64,000 nt of DNA from a virus. Lineage: Duplodnaviria > Caudoviricetes. The stretch is from positions 2,099-66,098 of IMG/VR virus record IMGVR_UViG_3300027842_000015; one strand, 5' to 3'. This document shows positions 47,815-60,954 of this stretch, piece by piece. Under the pieces are notes generated by a model. That model worked only from the letters and a program-made list of their open reading frames with translations, ran no database searches and had not been told where the DNA came from. Numbering within the stretch: the first letter of the stretch is position 1; every line of letters starts with the position of its first letter. The translations under genes were made by a program, and so were the position numbers.

Positions 47815-49664
47815 TGAATTGGCTTGAGGTTTTTATCGTAGTATTTTCCATCTTTTTGATAGACTGCACCAGGAGGTGCAACTTGCGCCGCACCTTGCCC
47901 ACCTTTGACTTGAGGCCCCTGCGTTGGTGCCTGTTGAGGTTGATAGGGGGCGAGTAAGTCTTTAAGGCTTGATCCCATACGTTTAAGTTGGGCATCTGCT
48001 TGATCCTCTGTCGTGGTACCGTTTACCAGTCCCCTTAGAACTATATCTTTTTGACGTGCTTGTCTCAAATCCTCTGCATTTGCGTTGGACGAAAGTATTT
48101 TGTCGTTAGCCGCTTTAGCTTGAGCTTTAGTACGCTCATTGTAATTGTTTCCACGAACATCGGTTTCATAGCGTTTAGTTTCACCGCGCATACCTTCTAC
48201 TTCTTTACGACTTTCGGCGTTTGTTTCGGCAACATTCTGACGGGAACCACCAATAATTCCAGCGTATTGGGCACGATTTATGCCCTGTTGCTTAGCAACT
48301 GCCAATTCCTGTGCATACTTTTCCTTTGTAGCAACTTGTCCTGCAAGAAATTGCATTCGTTGTCCACTTTGAGAAATCCAAGGAAACATTTGATGTGCTA
48401 AATTGAACATAGCTTGGTTTATACCAAGCGCTTTTAGATTGTCTGGGACCACCCCATTAGGCCCTGGTGCCACACCTTGCGAAGAAGGATCAGCCCATTG
48501 GTCGTGGTTTTCGTTAGACAACTTAGCTAGTACAGATGCGGGGTCATTAATAAGTCCATATGCAAAACCGGAACCACCCCGTGCTAGTTCCCTAAATTGG
48601 GGTCCTGTAAGATTAAAATGCACAACATCTTTATCATTGGGATTTGTTATCGTGGCGGTAACCCCACCTTCTTGGCCAATCCCAAATTGGAGGTTTTCCT
48701 CTGTGGGGAGATATCGAACGGCCTTATTCATTCCATCTACAGCAGCGCGCAGGTTGTTACCATCATATGCCGCAGTAACCCACGATCTTGCACTATCCCA
48801 GGCTGCAATGCGGTTTTGTAGGTAGCTAAGTCCTGGTTCTGGACCACCTCTTTGAAATGCTAATTCTAGTCCTTTTTTAGCTTCGTTAGCTTCTGATCCA
48901 TCTTGATTGACACTTGTAGAAATAGCTTCCGCAGTGGGGTGATCCATTACTTGGCCATGATATTGCCCCGCTGGATCGCCGTTATATTTTTGCGCAGCAT
49001 AATCAATTAATTCCTGTGATAACCTTTTTGCTACGTTCCCATACCCCCCAGGAAGGGCGTTTGCAATTCCACCGACAAGATTACCTGCCGCTTTAGTCAT
49101 GTTTCCGGGAGAAAATGGACTTTCCTGGCTTGGACCTTGATCGACTGGTCCTTGGCCACTTGTATCCTCTTGCGCGTTTTCTTGGCGAGCAGCAGCAATC
49201 TTTCCTTCTTGGGATTGCTTAAATGCGCCACCAAGACCGGACTTGTTAAGTGCTTCCTCGCGAGTATTTAGAGCTTGTTCATTAGGCGTAAACGGTCCTT
49301 GCTGTTCACCACTTGCACCGGTTTGACCACCACTCATCATGGTATTGGGCGTCTCATCAGTATTTTCGCTTTCAGACATACGTGGGAGAGCACCGGTAGT
49401 ATCATCCACCGTGCCACCATCCTCAAACCCACGACCGATTGCGTTATACCCTGCTTGATCTGCCATACTACCCTCTGGTACTTGCGGATTGTATCCTATA
49501 GCATTTTTGAACCTGTCACTTATATTCTGTACGGCATCGCCAATACTAAGTGCTCCTTCATGACGAAACAAAGGCGCCACATACTGTGTCAAATCCGTTG
49601 GATCAGAAATTGCATCCTCTCTATGGAGAACTTTTTCAGGCTGTTCGTCTTCATTGAGTTTCAT
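47811..49664 (-). CDS. Putative internal virion/ejection protein
   Basis: Gln/Ala/Gly-rich helical protein in the ejection-protein position; FEDGGTV motif. Confidence 0.55.
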   Translation of the reverse strand: MKLNEDEQPEKVLHREDAISDPTDLTQYVAPLFRHEGALSIGDAVQNISDRFKNAIGYNPQVPEGSMADQAGYNAIGRGFEDGGTVDDTTGALPRMSESENTDETPNTMMSGGQTGASGEQQGPFTPNEQALNTREEALNKSGLGGAFKQSQEGKIAAARQENAQEDTSGQGPVDQGPSQESPFSPGNMTKAAGNLVGGIANALPGGYGNVAKRLSQELIDYAAQKYNGDPAGQYHGQVMDHPTAEAISTSVNQDGSEANEAKKGLELAFQRGGPEPGLSYLQNRIAAWDSARSWVTAAYDGNNLRAAVDGMNKAVRYLPTEENLQFGIGQEGGVTATITNPNDKDVVHFNLTGPQFRELARGGSGFAYGLINDPASVLAKLSNENHDQWADPSSQGVAPGPNGVVPDNLKALGINQAMFNLAHQMFPWISQSGQRMQFLAGQVATKEKYAQELAVAKQQGINRAQYAGIIGGSRQNVAETNAESRKEVEGMRGETKRYETDVRGNNYNERTKAQAKAANDKILSSNANAEDLRQARQKDIVLRGLVNGTTTEDQADAQLKRMGSSLKDLLAPYQPQQAPTQGPQVKGGQGAAQVAPPGAVYQKDGKYYDKNLKPIQ

Positions 49665-49665
49665 T

Positions 49666-51051
49666 TTACCTACTCATGGGTATGGCGCCCCCACGGGCTT
49701 TCCGATTGATATCGTCAAAGAACTTACGTCCCTTCATTGCAACGGCAGCACGTGTCATTACATGCTCGCCGGCATTGAGGCGCACAGGTTCGCCTGTCTG
49801 TTGTACTTTAGCCCGCACATCATCCACTTTGCGTCCACGGGTAGGACTTTTAGACACCGGAATAGCACCACCTTCAGCATATCCACTATCGTTATATGCT
49901 GGCTGTGAGAAATCGGGGGATGAACTACCGCTGCTATCGTTGGAAAAATTTCCAGGGTCTTGGTAAGATTGATCGGCTGGAAGCGCACCTTGATCGAACC
50001 CAGGTGTCGGCATATAGGTATCGCCAGCATTAGGATCAACTGGCGATCCACCATACTGGTTTGCATCATATGGAGCAGACTGCGTATCCGCCCCGGGGTT
50101 CCCTTGATCATATCCAGTTGGGTCTATATTAGCCGAAGGTGGATAACCACCGCCACCTCCACCACCGGGATAACCCCCGCCACCGCCACCACCCCCGCCA
50201 CCGCCCCTGCTACTACCACCACCCCCTGAATTTGGAGACGTAGCAGGCCATGGCGGTTCATTAGACAGCCCGCTTCGGCCCCCACCGCCACCACTACTTC
50301 CGCCGCCACCTCCAAGATTAGGCATAGGTGGAAACGATTGTGCTTGGTGTAATTGCTGGGCAATACCACCCAATTGGGTGGGTGACCCCATCATGTTTAC
50401 GCCTTCTTGGGCGTTAGCCAATTTGGCATTCTCACCAGCGGTAGCCGCCCCCTGCGCAGCGTTGTAGGCCGCAGTAGCTTGGCTTGGCATAACGGAACCC
50501 AACTGTAGAGCCTCGGACCGAAGGCCCCTACCCGTAGCTTCGGTCGCCTGTTCCGCCTGAAAACCTGCACCGGCTTGCGCCGCAGCGGCTTGGGTTCGTT
50601 CAGCAGCGTCCAATGCCGCGTAACGGCCTGACGATGGATCAATGCCAAACGACTGTAAATCTGCAAGAGCGGCGTTGCGCGCACCATTGAACTGTTGGGC
50701 AACCCCGCTTTCAGCGGCGCCCATAGCTTGCTGAATACGCGCTTGAGAGGAGTAATTGTTCGCATCGGTCACCAGTTGCTGATATTCAGGCGCAAAAAGC
50801 GTCTGGTACTGAGACATTAACTGATTTCCAGCCCCTGTCAAGTTACTATACAAATTCATCAGGTTACCGACAACCTGATCGGTAAGCTGGCTATTTTGAG
50901 CAAATTGCTGCTGCCCCCATGCATACTGCTGCTGCATAAGCTGCTCAGCATACAAGGAAACTGAAGTTAATCCGGATGTAGTGCTACCAGGAGGTACCCC
51001 CGGTCCACGCCCAACGTTTGGATCGTATACCGTTGAAAAATTGAAAGCCAT
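49666..51051 (-). CDS. Putative ejection/pilot protein
   Basis: Ala/Gln-rich helices, GIDPSSGRY, poly-Gly linker, C-terminal YAEGG...VRLNAGEHVM. Confidence 0.6.
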   Translation of the reverse strand: MAFNFSTVYDPNVGRGPGVPPGSTTSGLTSVSLYAEQLMQQQYAWGQQQFAQNSQLTDQVVGNLMNLYSNLTGAGNQLMSQYQTLFAPEYQQLVTDANNYSSQARIQQAMGAAESGVAQQFNGARNAALADLQSFGIDPSSGRYAALDAAERTQAAAAQAGAGFQAEQATEATGRGLRSEALQLGSVMPSQATAAYNAAQGAATAGENAKLANAQEGVNMMGSPTQLGGIAQQLHQAQSFPPMPNLGGGGGSSGGGGGRSGLSNEPPWPATSPNSGGGGSSRGGGGGGGGGGGYPGGGGGGGYPPSANIDPTGYDQGNPGADTQSAPYDANQYGGSPVDPNAGDTYMPTPGFDQGALPADQSYQDPGNFSNDSSGSSSPDFSQPAYNDSGYAEGGAIPVSKSPTRGRKVDDVRAKVQQTGEPVRLNAGEHVMTRAAVAMKGRKFFDDINRKARGGAIPMSR

Positions 51052-51115
51052 TGGTTTACCTTTTGCGCCGAGAGTACAACCCTATTGATCAATAGACTGA
51101 AAGGGTAAACTTTCT

Positions 51116-51613
51116 CTATTTCCAAACATAGTCTTGAACGGTACAACCAGGAGGTGTGTTACCTATATTTGCAGCGGCTGTGGTTGCCGTAAGCTTGTCT
51201 AAATAAAGTCCTCCAGCATATTTAATTTGTCCCGGGCCACTAGGGTCAGTCTCTGTCCAAGTCATAATTAATGACATTGGTAGAAGCGCTCCGAATGGAG
51301 TTCCAATTCGACTAAAGTATCCTGGCGGGCTATTGGTGTGTCCCGTAACAAGCGGCGTAAGAACTGGAGGGGGTAACAAACCTCCTAAACCGAAATCCAA
51401 ACATGGAGAGCCATACGGAAAATTAAACGTATGAGAGGACCCGGGAGGTTGAAATTGTACAGTCCCTAACGCATCATTACCTAACAACACAACATACACT
51501 ATAGGAGGATATCCAGGCGGTATCTTGTTATTAGGAAAATGTATAGCGGTTATTTTACTAAATGGTCCAAGTGTACTTGGAGTAATACTTACAGTCACAA
51601 CTTCCACTCCCAA
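51116..51613 (-). CDS. Hypothetical virion-module protein
   Basis: Pro/Gly/Thr-rich; operon packing. Confidence 0.5.
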   Translation of the reverse strand: MGVEVVTVSITPSTLGPFSKITAIHFPNNKIPPGYPPIVYVVLLGNDALGTVQFQPPGSSHTFNFPYGSPCLDFGLGGLLPPPVLTPLVTGHTNSPPGYFSRIGTPFGALLPMSLIMTWTETDPSGPGQIKYAGGLYLDKLTATTAAANIGNTPPGCTVQDYVWK

Positions 51614-52020
51614 AGTTCACCTGTAACATTATCTTTCATTACAAGACCGGTAATCTGTTGGTATGTTAAGCTAGCCCCACTATTACTGTCTTTAACTGTT
51701 ACCGATGACTTGGTACGAGACTGTTCTGTAAATCGTCCAGTTTGTCCTTTTGGTTGTGTCTTTTTGTCCTGAGGATTAGGTGTATTACTCGGCTGTTGTT
51801 TTGGCGATTGAAATACTGGACGACCTCCTCCTTGGTTTTCATTGTTAGGAGACGGAACTTGCCCCGCAAGCCGGCGCGTGACCTCTACTAATGCGTTCAT
51901 AGTAGACGCCATACCTTCAGGCGTCCCATCATATGTAGGGATAGCCGGCAGTTGAGGCGCGGCGGGCTGGTCAGTGCTCTGCCCCTGATCGCCTGTCAAG
52001 AATATGCTTGGTTGGGTCAT
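51595..52020 (-). CDS. Hypothetical virion-module protein
   Basis: ATGA overlap; PAIP motif. Confidence 0.6.
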   Translation of the reverse strand: MTQPSIFLTGDQGQSTDQPAAPQLPAIPTYDGTPEGMASTMNALVEVTRRLAGQVPSPNNENQGGGRPVFQSPKQQPSNTPNPQDKKTQPKGQTGRFTEQSRTKSSVTVKDSNSGASLTYQQITGLVMKDNVTGELWEWKL

Positions 52021-52319
52021 GGTCCAGTTGGTCCTGTGGCTCCAGTTGGACCAGTAGGTCCAGTCGTTCCAGATGGCCCAGTAACGCCTACTTTACCTGC
52101 TGCCCCAGTAGGTCCGGTTGGTCCGGTTGGTCCGGTTGGTCCGATGTAACCCATTGTTCCTGTATCCCCTGTAGGTCCTGTCTGTCCTATAGCTCCCATC
52201 GGTCCAACGAAACCGGTAGGACCGGTAATTCCCATAGCACCACTCAAAACAACTATCATATCAAAAAGTTGCTGGTTTACTCCACCTGGATAAAATTGAT
52301 CGAGAACTGGCCATGGCAT
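52017..52319 (-). CDS. Short collagen-like protein
   Basis: About 70 residues of Gly-X-Thr running to the stop codon. Confidence 0.7.
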   Translation of the reverse strand: MPWPVLDQFYPGGVNQQLFDMIVVLSGAMGITGPTGFVGPMGAIGQTGPTGDTGTMGYIGPTGPTGPTGPTGAAGKVGVTGPSGTTGPTGPTGATGPTGP

Positions 52320-52326
52320 GGCTCAC

Positions 52327-55300
52327 TCATTTCATTAGCCCCAACTCTTTCACAGTTGTTGCCATCTTCATATTTGTAACCGATACGACACCTTCGATCT
52401 CAAGTTGCCACGTTGAATATTTCTGTGCAGCGGCGACACGCATCAATTCCTCAGATGTACGAATTTCACGTTCTGTAATATATAAACCATCAGCAATCAC
52501 ACGCACTACACCAAACATGCCTGTCACGTAACTCATTTGCGCAACCGTACCAGGATGCTCTTGAAATGGGACAGTAGTGCGTTGAGGTGGAGGCGATTGT
52601 GGGCCTCCAGGAGGAATGTCGAACCAAAGTCGAAATGCTGCAAAGTTTTCTTTGTGCGGTCCTTGAAATTTCTTGGATCGCCAAAGGAACGGTGTAATGG
52701 ATGGGGATTGGTCGGTGAAGTCGTAGTAATAGATGCCACTTCCTGCAACCAAGAATGCAACGCCGCTCCAAGGATCAGAAAGAACATTATCAATGTTAAT
52801 AGAAATTGGGCTAGTGAGAGGACTAAAACCAATCCTATGCCCACCAACTTGAGGCCAAAGAGTGAAGCTATTTCGATCGGCCTCGCTAAGTTCCAGTGTG
52901 AAACCCGATTGCGCAACTGAATTATCCACTTGCCCATTTGTCACTCCCGTCGAAGCAAACGCAAAATACGTGCTCACATTCTTAACAGCACGAATGAACT
53001 TCTGCGGGGTGTATTTAGCCCATTGCTCCCGGGTAATCCAGCTTTGGGTTATATTACCTACGCTGCCGGCACCGCCCACCTTGATCAGCCCATTGGCGCT
53101 AGCGTAATAAACACCGTTATCGGTAGAGAGCACGCTACCTCGTGAAATGCATGGTTCAGGCAGAGGTATGCGTGATTGCGTAATAGTGTTAGGGTTTACT
53201 CCTGTGAATGTCTGCGGGTTCTTTACTGTAGCAGCTACAAGCGTTACACCGGTTACACCAAGTCCCACGATTGGGTAATCGGTAGTGACTACATATTGTG
53301 ATGGCCATGCATGAGGGCGATATGGCTCACAGAACCAAACCTCGTTCCCCACAAATCCAGCCATCATTCCATTCGGCATGGATATCATACCCTGGAGAGT
53401 AGCCGGTGGACCAAACCAATTCGTCGATGGTAAGATAAGGTTGCCTGCGACCACATCATCCGTGACTGCATCAATAAATGTCGTCGCACTTGCCGCCACT
53501 GACCCCACATAGAAGAAAACGGTTCCGCCCTGGACCGAAGCCATGGTGCGATAGATATTGGCTTTGACAATATTGCGGAGTGTACCCATGTCTTGGGCAA
53601 GGGGTGGCTGCAAACCGACCACCCATGTCGCGTTGTTAAATGAGGTGAGGAGTGCTGGAGGGCTCGGCGGACCTTCTTCATTGTACGCGGTGACCCACGT
53701 GTACACATATGCTCTTGTCTCCTGTATTGCTGCTGAACTAGCAGTTACATCCCCCCATAGCTGCAAATCGGGGTAATTTGCTGTCATCGCTGGCGCTTGC
53801 AGTGTACCAGTCGCGGTATCAGTTGGATAATTGACCGTGGGATTACCGTTTACAAGAATTATAGGGAAGGTGCCAGAGAACCCTTGTGTCGCGGTATCAG
53901 ATAGAGAAAACTGAAGTCCTGTTGGAGAAACCCCGTTAGGCTGTCCTACGCACACAACACCAATCCAATACTGGGTATTAGGCAACAGCGTTGGTGGTGT
54001 AGTAAACGGGGAAACAACTTTCATAGGTGCCGTAAGTGGACCTGTCGGTAACTGGGGAGTACCGAATGCGATAATGTCGCCTGCGTTACCGGCAGCGTTC
54101 GATGCACACAGAATACCAAACAGAGAAAACTGTATCCCGGTAGGCAACTGCGCGACCATGAAACTAATATCATTAAGCGCTACCTGAACAGTAGTAGAGA
54201 CGGGATAGAGAATAATAGTCGGGTTACCAGTAGGGATGATCTGGGTATTTGTATTTGATGTACCAGGGAACCCGATCTGTGTAGGCGTTCCGCCGCCAAT
54301 AATGGACAAAGCTGGAGCAATCGGTGGGGCTGGGACACCCAGGTAAAAGGCGGGTAATGACCTCGATATGCGGTCGTATGTATTGTACTGTGGGGGTACA
54401 GATGGGCTCGCAAAATAATACCTCTGGAACGTATCGTCCACCACCGGAGTTCGAAGTACATCCGTATCCTGGTCCAAAAACTCCAGCCATGTCGATGCTC
54501 CAGTAAATGTAGTATCAGAGGTCTGGTTCGCGCCACCAGTAAACACTGCACTGGCCCAGGACATACGGACGCCTGCGGTACTCTCAGATACTGGCGTTTT
54601 ATTGAAAGCCGTCCCAAAAGCTGGCGCCTGTAGCGTAATTACCGTCCCGGTAATACTGTTGAGTGGATCGTTGGAGTTCAGTGTGGCCGCGGTACCCCAT
54701 ATCTGCCAATTTGGCTGGCCAAGGTTATACCTCGTTTGCAAAGAGCCAACGGTCGTTCCACCGGTAGTCACCCCACTAAGTGACGTTGTTTGGAAGGGGT
54801 TCGGGGGACCGTTGGCATAGGTGTTTGAGTTAGACACCGCCACCGTTCCGTTGCTCGAAAGCTGGAGCGGAATAGCGGTATCCATGATAAAGCCAAGCCA
54901 GTACGTGCGGCCTGCCTGAAGCGTAAGTGGTGTACTTAGAATGCTGGAAACAGCCGTTCCAGCAACGCATCCAACCACTTCACCACCCGTGCCCAGAAGC
55001 GAGGACGGGATGTTGACATATGCCGTGCCGGCCGTGTTGATCGTGTTGACGTTGTCATAGAACACCCCCTTGAATTTGGCACCGCCGACCGTGGCCTGCG
55101 GCACACAGTTGATAGCACTAACGCTCATAGTCGCGTATGGGGTAACCGGAACAAGGACGATGGTGTTTGCCCCAGGCGTATTTGTGGTGCCTTGGAGCGC
55201 GAATGGGAACCCTATATACGGGTTCGCACTAGTCGTGGCAGGATTGGCAGGGGTATTATTCCCTACAACTGCCACATCAGAAGAACCTGAATTTATGGCT

Positions 55301-55659
55301 TGGAAAAGTGCCTGCGCAGACTTTGCAGTCGTGCCGCCAATAAACACATCATATGGGTTTACAGGCGTAGTAACGAACTTATAGGTGATCTCGCCAATAG
55401 TTACCGTATCCCCGGCTAAGGGGTTACCGAGGAAAGAGAGTACATCCCCGGCTATGCCCTGGGTTATGGTGGGGATACGGTAAGCAGATTTAGCGGCCGA
55501 GTTAGTTAGGGCACGTAGTAACTTTGGCACACGCCAGCCGATACACGCACCTGAGTATAGATACGTGTTTCGGCTTAACGATGCTTGGTCCTCAGGAAGG
55601 AAACGGGCATCCCAGGCCGGTAGCATACCGCCAAACTTATCGACCCTGACACCACCCAT
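52327..55659 (-). CDS. Tail nozzle/tubular protein with inserted beta-sandwich domains
   Basis: FGGMLP N-terminus, RAYVYTWV...EEGPPSP, WFCEPYRPHAWP, FLWRSKKF. Confidence 0.7.
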   Translation of the reverse strand: MGGVRVDKFGGMLPAWDARFLPEDQASLSRNTYLYSGACIGWRVPKLLRALTNSAAKSAYRIPTITQGIAGDVLSFLGNPLAGDTVTIGEITYKFVTTPVNPYDVFIGGTTAKSAQALFQAINSGSSDVAVVGNNTPANPATTSANPYIGFPFALQGTTNTPGANTIVLVPVTPYATMSVSAINCVPQATVGGAKFKGVFYDNVNTINTAGTAYVNIPSSLLGTGGEVVGCVAGTAVSSILSTPLTLQAGRTYWLGFIMDTAIPLQLSSNGTVAVSNSNTYANGPPNPFQTTSLSGVTTGGTTVGSLQTRYNLGQPNWQIWGTAATLNSNDPLNSITGTVITLQAPAFGTAFNKTPVSESTAGVRMSWASAVFTGGANQTSDTTFTGASTWLEFLDQDTDVLRTPVVDDTFQRYYFASPSVPPQYNTYDRISRSLPAFYLGVPAPPIAPALSIIGGGTPTQIGFPGTSNTNTQIIPTGNPTIILYPVSTTVQVALNDISFMVAQLPTGIQFSLFGILCASNAAGNAGDIIAFGTPQLPTGPLTAPMKVVSPFTTPPTLLPNTQYWIGVVCVGQPNGVSPTGLQFSLSDTATQGFSGTFPIILVNGNPTVNYPTDTATGTLQAPAMTANYPDLQLWGDVTASSAAIQETRAYVYTWVTAYNEEGPPSPPALLTSFNNATWVVGLQPPLAQDMGTLRNIVKANIYRTMASVQGGTVFFYVGSVAASATTFIDAVTDDVVAGNLILPSTNWFGPPATLQGMISMPNGMMAGFVGNEVWFCEPYRPHAWPSQYVVTTDYPIVGLGVTGVTLVAATVKNPQTFTGVNPNTITQSRIPLPEPCISRGSVLSTDNGVYYASANGLIKVGGAGSVGNITQSWITREQWAKYTPQKFIRAVKNVSTYFAFASTGVTNGQVDNSVAQSGFTLELSEADRNSFTLWPQVGGHRIGFSPLTSPISINIDNVLSDPWSGVAFLVAGSGIYYYDFTDQSPSITPFLWRSKKFQGPHKENFAAFRLWFDIPPGGPQSPPPQRTTVPFQEHPGTVAQMSYVTGMFGVVRVIADGLYITEREIRTSEELMRVAAAQKYSTWQLEIEGVVSVTNMKMATTVKELGLMK

Positions 55660-55666
55660 CTAACCC

Positions 55667-56071
55667 TCACTTAGGGGCATTACTCCCTACACGCCTCATG
55701 AGCGCGCCAAGCTGCTGATTGACAGCCATACCATTAACGCTTGTCACTCTATCGGCTGTAACCATATTTGGCCTGAAGACTTCTACGTTATAGCCTTGTG
55801 CACGCCGCTCGGCCTCAGAAATAATCCTTGGCGGACGATTGGCCATGTCACGTTGAGCCTGAGCGACACGCTTCTTACCGGCTTCTATTTCAAGTTCTCG
55901 CGTGGTCTTGGCACGCTCTGGCTCAACATAAGCTTGTCCAGTAGGTTCCGGCTCAGGCTTCTTCACGTATTCAATACTGGTAGGCGTCTGTAGCGCTTCG
56001 AAAGCACCTTCATCGCTAACTTCCGGCATGGGGATATCCTCACTTACCCTTGTGGTTCCAGTGCTTGGCAT
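55667..56071 (-). CDS. Hypothetical protein
   Basis: Likely start MPSTG at 56071. Confidence 0.5.
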   Translation of the reverse strand: MPSTGTTRVSEDIPMPEVSDEGAFEALQTPTSIEYVKKPEPEPTGQAYVEPERAKTTRELEIEAGKKRVAQAQRDMANRPPRIISEAERRAQGYNVEVFRPNMVTADRVTSVNGMAVNQQLGALMRRVGSNAPK

Positions 56072-56228
56072 TCTCAGCAAACGTAGCCCGCTTGCGAACT
56101 GCCGGGTTTGGCGAATTCTTAGCACTTGCCAGCTTGCCGGACGGAATAGGCTTACCCTGAGGCACGCCTAGGTTCTTATGAAGCAGTCCTTCGTGACTTT
56201 TCTTAATATGAATAGCCATGTGGGTCTC

Positions 56229-56603
56229 CTATGTGGATTTGGACATTCCATGCCCAAAGTAGAATACGACAATCATCATATAGATGGTTGCCAAGGTTCC
56301 CCCAAGCGCGGGGGTGGATGTAGCTCCACCCATTATCACATTATCCCAAACAACGCAACGCCAAGTATACAGTACAAACGGGACCGCAAAAAGAGGCGGA
56401 ATAGCAGCGACAAACCACCATCTTGTTTGTACTTGCCCCTGCATCTGGAGTACAGCAACAGCGGTATCCCGATCACACCCCAACTTAGCCTGGATTTGCT
56501 GCGTCTGGGCATCATAGTGCGCCTTCACCCATGTCTGTCCAAGCCCAGTAAGCCCTGGCACAACCGAAAAGAACTGACCTAGAATTCCAAGAAGAGCTAT
56601 CAT
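56229..56603 (-). CDS. Holin-like membrane protein
   Basis: Three hydrophobic segments, C-terminal FYFG. Confidence 0.6.
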   Translation of the reverse strand: MIALLGILGQFFSVVPGLTGLGQTWVKAHYDAQTQQIQAKLGCDRDTAVAVLQMQGQVQTRWWFVAAIPPLFAVPFVLYTWRCVVWDNVIMGGATSTPALGGTLATIYMMIVVFYFGHGMSKST

Positions 56604-56830
56604 TGTGGGTCCCTCTTTAGGGTGCGCAAGCGAGCACCCAGAGTTAGAGCAGCAATCGCAAAGGTATAGCGACCTAAATAAGCAGGGGGCACATATTGCG
56701 CAAGCCCCAGACTTTGGGCCACATCAGGAAACTGATAAAGCGCCTCCATGACGACACCAACCCATGCGAGTATGTGAGACCATGCCACCGTGAGAGAGTT
56801 CCAATGGAACGCTTTGATCTTTGTCCACAT
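56600..56830 (-). CDS. Small two-TM membrane protein (holin-like)
   Basis: Two hydrophobic helices, basic C-terminus. Confidence 0.55.
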   Translation of the reverse strand: MWTKIKAFHWNSLTVAWSHILAWVGVVMEALYQFPDVAQSLGLAQYVPPAYLGRYTFAIAALTLGARLRTLKRDPQ

Positions 56831-56838
56831 GTTTCACC

Positions 56839-57884
56839 TTATGGTACACTCGTTATATGGTAGTAAACGATCGGCATATTATTCGCGCCGATAACCTTTG
56901 TAAAGCTTGTTGCTCCGGTAAAAGTAGGCCATGTCGAATAAGATTGACCACCTAGCGATAGACCAGCATAATTTTGGCTGTTGTTGCTGGCAAGATTAGA
57001 TAAAGAACTATCCCCTACCAAATTAGCAGCAGCAGCCATAGCTGTGTGGAAACTATACACGTCACAAGAATTTGAACTGAAAAACATAGCAAACCAATAA
57101 AGTGTTCCTTGTGTTACTTGGACATTAGCCCCAAGAGCACCAGAAAACACTGTATTGCTGGATGTGGTATTAAGATCACCTGTATTACTTAGAACGCTTC
57201 CTGTTGGCAGACCATCGGCAGCGCTAGCATAAAGACCGCATTGAACCTTGGTACCGGCATTGCCAACGTGGCATTCTCCCCCTAGTTGATCAATCGTCAT
57301 AGTCTGAGGGGCAACCCATGGGAAAAGATATACCGTATTTAACGTACCACCACCCATACCGCTTGATTGACCAAATGGTCCAGGCAAATACCATGCACCA
57401 GCAGTTGCTCCTGCAAAAGCTGCATACGTCTTTGATCCACCGGCACCGGCACCGGTTGGCCCCGTTGCACCTGTATTCACCGCGGACCCTTGCGGTCCAG
57501 TTGGTCCAATAGTACCAGTTGGTCCAGTAGGCCCAGTTGGTCCAGTCGAACCAGTATTCGTAGCTTGCCCCCCTTGCCCTGTAGGGCCACTTGGGCCTGT
57601 GTTCCCAGTGAACCCAGTAGGACCAGTAGGTCCGGCAATACCTTGACCACCAGCCGCGCCAGTAGGGCCTGTATTGCCAGTAAACCCTGTCGCGCCTGTA
57701 TTGGTTGCGAACCCAGCAGGGCCTGTATTTCCTGTATTCCCAGTCGGTCCAGTTGGTCCAGTTACACCAGTTGCTCCTGTCACCGCTGCACCGGTCGCAC
57801 CAGTTGCTCCTGTCGGCCCGGTGTTACCCGTAGGTCCAACCACACGCTGGGGCATAGGAACGAGCCAGATACGTTGAACAGGCA

Positions 57885-57885
<1 letters not shown>
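56839..57885 (-). CDS. Collagen-like fibre with C-terminal beta-sandwich head
   Basis: GPT/GNT/GAT repeats; head paralogous to 58481-59752 (ends YHITSVP). Confidence 0.8.
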
Positions 57886-60138
<2,253 letters not shown>

Positions 60139-60139
60139 T

Positions 60140-60952
60140 TTACAGGTTCCACCATTGCCCAGTTGACACTACCCAACCTTTTTGAGATCGAGTACGGAAG
60201 TTTTGTGGGTATGCCCACGCTTGCGACCCGTTAGTATTCTGGCGCATCGCTGCCACACGTGCGATATTCACCCCTTGACGGAAATATTGATAGTTCAATG
60301 AACCATTTTTGGGGTCTGAGTATGGCCGGTTAGGCTGAAGCATCAACTTACCCTTGATACCCGCCAGCAAATATGGCTCATATTTGTCCATAATGGATTG
60401 CGGTATGTCTGGCAAATCTGGGTCCTGTGGCCTATCAACACTCTTGACCACTACCGCAAAAACAGGAGTAGTTACGCTCTGCGGATATTGGATTTGCAGT
60501 ATATTTAGCTGTGGCATAGCCGCCGTGATAAAAATACCGTTTAAATCAAGTACGCCGGTAAGTGCGATAATCTTCCCCGCAGGAGTTGGATCACCAAGGC
60601 TTTGGGGTTGACCCGGCACAAGCTGGTATAATACCACTCCAGGCAATAGAAGTCCTGGAATTTGCTCGATCCACACCTTGCTGTCGTTAAAAAATTCAAC
60701 AAATACATCATACATCGCCATACGGATCATGGCATCACTGGCACCTACTAGCTCAATTCGTGCTCGCTTGTATAGGTAACCAGTGTGGGGTTCAACCGGT
60801 ACTACCGTTCCAGCAGCAGGACCGCTGGCCCCTGTCACCCCAAAGAACGCAGGGCCAGTTACCGCCCCGGTAATCCCAAGAAATGCTGGTCCGCTGGCAC
60901 CGGTAGCGCCAGTAGGACCAAGCCAAAATTCATTCCAGCCGTCGTCTGACAT
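60140..60952 (-). CDS. Head-tail adaptor/tail tubular protein A-like, with short GxT N-terminus
   Basis: Position after capsid; EFF..S..W and LMLQPNRPYSD motifs. Confidence 0.6.
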   Translation of the reverse strand: MSDDGWNEFWLGPTGATGASGPAFLGITGAVTGPAFFGVTGASGPAAGTVVPVEPHTGYLYKRARIELVGASDAMIRMAMYDVFVEFFNDSKVWIEQIPGLLLPGVVLYQLVPGQPQSLGDPTPAGKIIALTGVLDLNGIFITAAMPQLNILQIQYPQSVTTPVFAVVVKSVDRPQDPDLPDIPQSIMDKYEPYLLAGIKGKLMLQPNRPYSDPKNGSLNYQYFRQGVNIARVAAMRQNTNGSQAWAYPQNFRTRSQKGWVVSTGQWWNL

Positions 60953-60954
60953 TT

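Noticed and set aside
52017-52020. Programmed frameshift joining the headless collagen ORF to the next gene
   Set aside because: Ordinary ATGA overlap with no slippery heptamer
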